Positions 58,298 to 64,000 of a DNA stretch of 64,000 nucleotides are shown one piece after another; within the stretch, counting starts at the first letter, position 1, and every line of letters starts with the position of its first letter. A program made the position numbers and the translations under genes. This DNA is from Leptonemataceae bacterium (lineage in GTDB: Bacteria > Spirochaetota > Leptospiria > Leptospirales > Leptonemataceae): assembly GCA_965227295.1 (NCBI GenBank), contig OZ245742.1, positions 768,001 to 832,000 on the forward strand. Reading direction: 5' to 3'. Below the pieces are notes generated by a model, which saw only the letters and a program-made list of their open reading frames with translations, searched no databases and was not told the DNA's origin.

Positions 58298-59446
58298 ATG
58301 CAACCGCGCACGATTCGCAAACTCCACACCTGGCACGCCTGGACCGGGCTCATCTCCGGCGTCAACGTTCTCATTCTGAGCCTCACCGGCTCCGTGCTCG
58401 TTTTCGTCCATGAACTGCACGAGGCCCTCGGTCCGGAAATTCCCGTCACCATCGACGCCGATCCCGGACTCTACGCCGACCTCCCGCTCCAGCCCCTGGT
58501 CAGCGCCATGCGGGCGGAGTACCCGGACGCCCTGCCCGGCACCGTGGGCATCCCCGATCCGGTGGCGGCCGTGGAGGAGCCGGACGAGTTCCTCTACTTT
58601 TTCGAAGTGTTTCCGCGGGCAGGCGGCGAGGAGATCGAGTTTTTCTTTGATCCCCTGGACGGTCGGTATGCGCAGGCCTCGGACGAAATCGACATCCCCG
58701 CATGGATCTGGCATCTGCACGCGGATCTCTTCGCCGGTCTGCCGGGGCGCATCTTCCTCGGCTTCGTGGGTCTCGCCCTGCTCTTTTCCACCGTAAGCGG
58801 TCTGTTGCTCTACGCCCCGTTCATGAAGGGCCTCGCCTTCGGGACGATTCGCCGGGGCGTCGCGACCCGACTCGCCGTCGCCGACGTGCACAAACTCGTC
58901 GGCATCGTGGCTCTATTCTTTAACATGTTAATGGCAACGACCGGCATCCTGCTTACCCTGGGGCAGCTGCTCATCAATCTCTACAGCTACCAGGTCATCC
59001 GCACGCTCGAACCCGTGGACGTTTCCCCGGGCACCGCCCGGGTGGACGTGGACCGGGTGCTGGCCTCGGCGCGGAGCAACTTTCCGGAGAAACATGTTCG
59101 CTGGATCACCTTTCCCGGCGGCATCCAGGGCGAGCACCACTACGTGGCCTTTGCGTACGAGCGCACGTTCTTTCTTTCGCGCATCCCGTACGTTTGTCTC
59201 ATCAACGCCTACGATGCAGAAGTCGATCTCACCGTGGACCTGCCCTGGTGGATTACGATGATCTACGTCGCCGTGCCGCTGCACTTCGGCGACTTCGGCG
59301 GTCTGGGCCTGCGCCTCGTGTACTGCGTCTTCGGCCTCGCCACCGGAGCCCTGAGCATTACCGGGTTCGCCATGTTTTACCTGAAGCGCCGCCGCAAGAA
59401 CGCCCCGGCACAAGATTACTCTGAAAGGAAGTTAGAGAAAGTATGA
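58298..59446 (+). CDS. PepSY-associated TM helix protein
   Basis: RKLHTW, LTGS, WHLHADL, DVHK, PLHFGDFGG. Confidence 0.92.
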   Translation: MQPRTIRKLHTWHAWTGLISGVNVLILSLTGSVLVFVHELHEALGPEIPVTIDADPGLYADLPLQPLVSAMRAEYPDALPGTVGIPDPVAAVEEPDEFLYFFEVFPRAGGEEIEFFFDPLDGRYAQASDEIDIPAWIWHLHADLFAGLPGRIFLGFVGLALLFSTVSGLLLYAPFMKGLAFGTIRRGVATRLAVADVHKLVGIVALFFNMLMATTGILLTLGQLLINLYSYQVIRTLEPVDVSPGTARVDVDRVLASARSNFPEKHVRWITFPGGIQGEHHYVAFAYERTFFLSRIPYVCLINAYDAEVDLTVDLPWWITMIYVAVPLHFGDFGGLGLRLVYCVFGLATGALSITGFAMFYLKRRRKNAPAQDYSERKLEKV

Positions 59447-61794
59447 CTCGATTTCTTAAGATTGCCGTGATTGCGCTGCTGATCGCCGCGCCTGCCGCCG
59501 GCCTGCGCGCTCAGGAACAGGAGCCCGAACCGCAACCGAACGATGAAGACATCATCATCGAAGCCGAGTCGGATTCCGGGAAGTACATTCGCAAGCGCGC
59601 GCCCGGGGTGCTCAAGTCCGACGTGCCCATCATGAACACGCCGCAGAGCGTGCAAATCGTTCCGGAGCAGGTGTATCGCGATCAGCAGGCGCAGGATCTC
59701 AGCGAGGCCACGCGCAACGTGAGCAACGTAACGACGCTGTTTCCGAGCGTCGGCGTGCGCGACTCTCTGGCCATCCGCGGTTTTCAGGTAACGTCCATGT
59801 TGATTGACGGCCTGCCGAACATTACGACCAGCGCCGGCTTCGCTCGACGCGAACTATTGATGTACGAACGCCTGGAAGTTCTGAAAGGTCCGGCTTCGGT
59901 CACGTTCGGCGCCATTGAACCGGGGGGTGCGTTGAACCTGGTAACGAAACGCCCGCAGGGGGAAGCGCGACGTGAGGTGGAGCTGTCCCACGGACGCTGG
60001 GACAACAACGCCGCCACCGCCGATCTGACCGGCCCGCTGAACGAAGACCGCACGTTATTGTACCGCGCCCTGGGCGCCTTTCGTTCCTCACTGAGCTATC
60101 GCGACGAAGTGGAGTCCGAGCGTTACTTTCTCGCGCCGTCGCTTTCCTGGCTCGTGACGCGCGATACGACGATCACGCTCTTCGGTCACTATCAGCGCGA
60201 CAGCGTCGTCAACGATTGGGGCAGCCCGTCCATTCGCGATCCCTATACCGTGGCGTCCCGCGATGTTTATAGCGCGTTGGTGCCGGACCTCATCGAACAG
60301 GCGTACCCGGCGAGCGAGGCCTTTCCGGAAGAGTTTCGCGTGGATGAAAACATCTACACCGAACGTTTCTTCGGAAACGAAAACAACAATCGCAACGAAC
60401 AGGACCAGGGCAGCGCCGGTTATCTCTGGGAAACCGACTTCGGCAACTGGGTCTTCCAGCATCGCAGCCAGGGCGAAAGCGCGTCAACTCACGAGGGACT
60501 GACCTACAATCTAAGTACCATCGAAGATGACAACCGCACGGTGCAACGCGGCTTCGCGAAGCGGGCCTACTACATCGGCACCTACAGCACGCAGTTCGCG
60601 CTGAGCGGCGAGCTGGAGGACGGCTCCGTAACCCATCGCCCGCACATCGGCGTGGACTTCACGCATACGTTTTACCAGGTGAACATCAGCGAGAGCTACC
60701 TCGACGCCGGCACGAACGACATTTACTTAACTGAAAGTGAGCGTGCCTTTGTCGACAACCTGGCGGCGCCGAACCTGGAATTTCTGTGGCTGCACGAGTT
60801 CGACAAACCCATCAACCTGGCGTCGGGGCAGCTACTGCCCGTGGAACAGAAGTTGCGCGCGAATTACGGTGCCGTGTACGGCCGGCATCAGGTTTCCTTC
60901 GGCGACCTGCTGCACGTGAGCGCGGGCGCACGGTTCGACCAGGTGCGCGGCAAGATTCGCGATCAGAACTACGGCATTCGCGAACAGTTGTTCTTTGTGC
61001 CGTCGATTTTTCCCACGCTCTTTACGAACCCGCGGGAGCGTTCGTTAAACGGGGACTTCATCAGTCCTCAGGGCGGCGTGGTGCTGCGGCCCATCAAGTA
61101 CGTTTCAATTTTTGCCAGCGCGTCGGAATCTTACAACCACGACTTCAGCGCGCTGACCCACGGCAATCTCACACCGAAACCGATTCGCTCCGTGGGCTAC
61201 GAGGGCGGGCTGAAGTTCGCGTTCTTCGACGAAAACCTCATCGCCACCACCACCGTGTTTGAAATTACGAAAACCAACGTCTTGATCGACGACCCGCTTC
61301 AGGCGAATCGCCTGCTGCAAAGCGGGGAACAACGCCACCAGGGTTTCGAGTTCGACCTGCTCGCGACACCGGTGGAAGGTCTGAACATGATCGCTTCGTA
61401 TGGTTACATCGACGCAAAGATCACGAAAGACGACACCCGCGATCCCGAAACCGGTCGCAAACTCATTGAAGGCAAACGACCGAACCTGGTGCCCGAGCAC
61501 AACGCCAACGCCTGGATCGTCTACGAACTTCAGGGCGGCCCGTTGCGCGGCCTGGGCTTCGGCGGCGGCGTGTATCACAACTCGTCACGCTACGCCACCG
61601 CGAGCAACGATCTGGTACTGCCGGAGTACACGATCGGCACGGGTCTGATCTACTACAAGATCTACGACGCGAAGCTCTCGGTAACCGCGAAGAACATCAC
61701 GAACAAACGTTACTATGAATCGGCGAACTCCCGCAACGGCATCATTGAGGGCCGGCCGTTCGAGGTCATCGTCGCGCTGAACGCGAAGTTTTGA
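59443..61794 (+). CDS. TonB-dependent siderophore-type receptor
   Basis: TPQSVQIV, IRGF, ERLEVLKGPAS, C-terminal Phe. Confidence 0.95.
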   Translation: MTRFLKIAVIALLIAAPAAGLRAQEQEPEPQPNDEDIIIEAESDSGKYIRKRAPGVLKSDVPIMNTPQSVQIVPEQVYRDQQAQDLSEATRNVSNVTTLFPSVGVRDSLAIRGFQVTSMLIDGLPNITTSAGFARRELLMYERLEVLKGPASVTFGAIEPGGALNLVTKRPQGEARREVELSHGRWDNNAATADLTGPLNEDRTLLYRALGAFRSSLSYRDEVESERYFLAPSLSWLVTRDTTITLFGHYQRDSVVNDWGSPSIRDPYTVASRDVYSALVPDLIEQAYPASEAFPEEFRVDENIYTERFFGNENNNRNEQDQGSAGYLWETDFGNWVFQHRSQGESASTHEGLTYNLSTIEDDNRTVQRGFAKRAYYIGTYSTQFALSGELEDGSVTHRPHIGVDFTHTFYQVNISESYLDAGTNDIYLTESERAFVDNLAAPNLEFLWLHEFDKPINLASGQLLPVEQKLRANYGAVYGRHQVSFGDLLHVSAGARFDQVRGKIRDQNYGIREQLFFVPSIFPTLFTNPRERSLNGDFISPQGGVVLRPIKYVSIFASASESYNHDFSALTHGNLTPKPIRSVGYEGGLKFAFFDENLIATTTVFEITKTNVLIDDPLQANRLLQSGEQRHQGFEFDLLATPVEGLNMIASYGYIDAKITKDDTRDPETGRKLIEGKRPNLVPEHNANAWIVYELQGGPLRGLGFGGGVYHNSSRYATASNDLVLPEYTIGTGLIYYKIYDAKLSVTAKNITNKRYYESANSRNGIIEGRPFEVIVALNAKF

Positions 61795-61833
61795 AATCGT
61801 CGGGCTCGCTCGATCGGCCGACAATCAACATGT

Positions 61834-62676
61834 ATGGCCGATCCTCGCGATTCGCAGGCAAACCGCCCGGAGTTTTCCGATCCGGACAACGGCGATTTTC
61901 GCGCGGCGCTCACCTGGTCATTGCTGCAGCCCGCCGCGCGCCGGGAGATTGCGAAACATCTTACGCTGGAAGAACTCGAACGCCTGAATCACGCCTGGAA
62001 GATTTTCCAGAAACTGCCGCGCGCGGACCGGCTGCGCATCGAACGTCAGGTGCATCGCGCCACGGCGAACAAGAACAGCCCCTGGCCCATGGCGTTGTCG
62101 CTGGCCGTCGGCATTCTTTCGGTCGGCCTCATGCTGATCCACACGGCGCAGGTCCCGCTCATGGCCTGGTCCAATCGCTCGTTGTTGTTCGCGCCGCTGC
62201 TACTTGCCACGATCGCCCCGCTCACGCTGTACCTGTTGCCGCGTTATCGTTTATCCGCGCTGTTTCTGCCGCGCTTCGATCCGCAGTCGCTCATCGCTGC
62301 TGTGTTGTGTTACGTCGGTTTGATCTGGATTTTGTTTTTTATCGGCGAGGAGCAGACCGGCGGCCAGGGTTTCGTGCGCCTGGATACGCTGTCGTTGCTC
62401 GTGTACTCCGTCGGCGCGTTCTTTGCGCCGTTGCTCGAAGAGATCGTGTATCGCGAGTTTTTACCGTCCATCGACGGCCGCCCGCCGCATTACATCGGTC
62501 ACTTCATCGGCGCTCTGTTGTTCGCGGCTTCGCATCTGCCGGATACGCCCGAGCTGTTCGTGCTGAATCTGAGCGCGGCGTTGTTGTTGTCCGGCGTGCG
62601 TTTGTTCTCCGGCGGTTTGCTCTGGTGCTACCTGGCCCACGCCGCGGCGAATGTGACCGTCCTGTGGATCGGCTGA
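61834..62676 (+). CDS. CPBP (CAAX/Abi) intramembrane protease
   Basis: EEIVYR, FAASH, HAAAN. Confidence 0.85.
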   Translation: MADPRDSQANRPEFSDPDNGDFRAALTWSLLQPAARREIAKHLTLEELERLNHAWKIFQKLPRADRLRIERQVHRATANKNSPWPMALSLAVGILSVGLMLIHTAQVPLMAWSNRSLLFAPLLLATIAPLTLYLLPRYRLSALFLPRFDPQSLIAAVLCYVGLIWILFFIGEEQTGGQGFVRLDTLSLLVYSVGAFFAPLLEEIVYREFLPSIDGRPPHYIGHFIGALLFAASHLPDTPELFVLNLSAALLLSGVRLFSGGLLWCYLAHAAANVTVLWIG

Positions 62677-62843
62677 AAGTATCGTGCCACGCGCCGGTTT
62701 TTCGCACGCGTCCCGAATCGTAGTGTAAGTAGCGGTCAGTGTACATTAAGCCTTTATTGGTCACGACTGGTTCCAGCTGACGAACGGAGGTCATGTCGGG
62801 GAATGTGGTAGGGCGGACCGGAACGGCGTCTTCCAGCCCCGCT

Positions 62844-64000
62844 CTATTTACGGGGCGGAGCGTCGCGCCTTCGCGCTGCTGCGAGCGTTCCGGTGACCTT
62901 CCATTTTTTCTCGAAGCCGAAGTGCTGCATCTTTTTCACGCCGTGCTTCGGCGGGATCAACGACATGGCCCGTTCACTCAGCGCCGTGATCGAAAGACTC
63001 GGATTCACGCCCGGGTTCGCCGGAATCATGGAACCGTCGCAGACGAGCATGTTCTCGTAACCGTGCACGCGGTTCTCCAGATCAATGACGCCTTCGTCCG
63101 CGCTCGCTCCCATGCACGCCCCGCCCAGGATGTGCGCGGTCGTGGGAACATCGAGCAACACTTCATTGTAGGAACTCCGCGCATAACCGCCGGTGCGTTC
63201 GGCCAGGCGGCGGGCGAAGTCGTTCGCCTCGGGAATGTACGTCGGAATGTGATCGCTGCCCTCGCTCGCATCGCTGGTGAGCGTCTTTTGAAACGGCCAG
63301 ATCCAACGCCGCTTGCGCACAAGATGAATGCTGTTGTCGAGCGACTGCATGACCAGCAGGATGATGGACTTCTGCGCGAAACCGAACGGAATCAACGTGC
63401 GCAAAAACGTAACGGGGTTGCGAAAAATGTTCAGCAAGAAACGCAACGGCCGCGGAATGTTTCCCCCGCCGTCGGTCATGATCGTTGCGAGCGATCCCAT
63501 GGCGTCCTGGCCCTTTGCGTAACGTACCGGTTCGATGTGCGTGTTTTCGTCGATGTGCACGCTCGAGGTGATGGCAATGCCGCGCGAAAAATCCGTCTCG
63601 CGCTTCGGCACCGTCACCCCGACGATGGACTCGCTGTTCGTGCGCACCGTCGACCCCAGACGATGCGAAAGACGGCTTAGATGATTGCGCTGCTTCAGCT
63701 TCGTAAGCAGACCCACGGTTCCCAGAACACCCGCCGAGAATACGACGCCCCGCGTGCGAAACTTGCGTCGCGGCGTACCGAACCAGCCCGTCGTGGATTC
63801 GGTACGAATCTCGTAACCGTGACTGCCGTCCGCATCGACGTCGAACTCGCCGTTCGCGTCGAGCGGCAATACATCGACGACTTTGGTTTCGGGAATGATT
63901 CTCGCGCCCAGTTGTTCGGCGAAGTAGAGGTAGTTTTTGTCGAGGGTGTTCTTGGAATCATAACGACAGCCGACCATGCAGCCGCCGCAAAAATTACAGC
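62844..64000 (-). CDS. GMC oxidoreductase/cholesterol oxidase (5' end outside the window)
   Basis: [28 protein letters not shown]-x2[20 protein letters not shown]. Confidence 0.92.
   Translation of the reverse strand, partial: CNFCGGCMVGCRYDSKNTLDKNYLYFAEQLGARIIPETKVVDVLPLDANGEFDVDADGSHGYEIRTESTTGWFGTPRRKFRTRGVVFSAGVLGTVGLLTKLKQRNHLSRLSHRLGSTVRTNSESIVGVTVPKRETDFSRGIAITSSVHIDENTHIEPVRYAKGQDAMGSLATIMTDGGGNIPRPLRFLLNIFRNPVTFLRTLIPFGFAQKSIILLVMQSLDNSIHLVRKRRWIWPFQKTLTSDASEGSDHIPTYIPEANDFARRLAERTGGYARSSYNEVLLDVPTTAHILGGACMGASADEGVIDLENRVHGYENMLVCDGSMIPANPGVNPSLSITALSERAMSLIPPKHGVKKMQHFGFEKKWKVTGTLAAARRRDAPPRK

Noticed and set aside
1-64000. tRNA or rRNA genes
   Set aside because: None recognised by eye

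Overview
GC-rich bacterial window, probably Leptospiraceae/spirochaete (inferred from CheX, several STAS proteins and glycine-rich toxin repeats; no database check). Left to right: (1) a 5'-broken polymorphic toxin with an ADP-ribosyl-cyclase-like C-terminus, a likely immunity gene and lower-GC orphan ORFs; (2) ArnT/GT2/flippase envelope-modification genes; (3) an unusual type I-E CRISPR-Cas locus with seven arrays (about 62 spacers) built from duplicated 'terminal repeat + leader' units, cas1-cas2 embedded among the arrays, an IS5 remnant fused to the first array, and a repeat-like mini-array, promoter and 41-aa ORF between cas3 and cas8e (candidate CreTA/CreR-like module); (4) housekeeping and envelope genes (two MBOATs, MFS, ribF, GH3, hemW); (5) a compact cluster of PrnC-like halogenase, hot-dog-like protein, MoaD/ThiS sulfur carrier, acyl-CoA dehydrogenase and divergent MoeZ; (6) Fur, an HTH-deleted ArsR, ArsC-like and DJ-1; (7) a cheY-cheX-[Amt-HPt-CheA-like kinase]-[REC-adenylate cyclase] run suggesting ammonium sensing; (8) asd, an AraC/PepSY/TonB uptake locus, a CPBP protease and a partial cholesterol oxidase. 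Intergenic DNA carries a dispersed family of covarying multi-hairpin repeats with GNA triloops and two MITE-like inverted-repeat elements. All calls come from reading motifs by eye.
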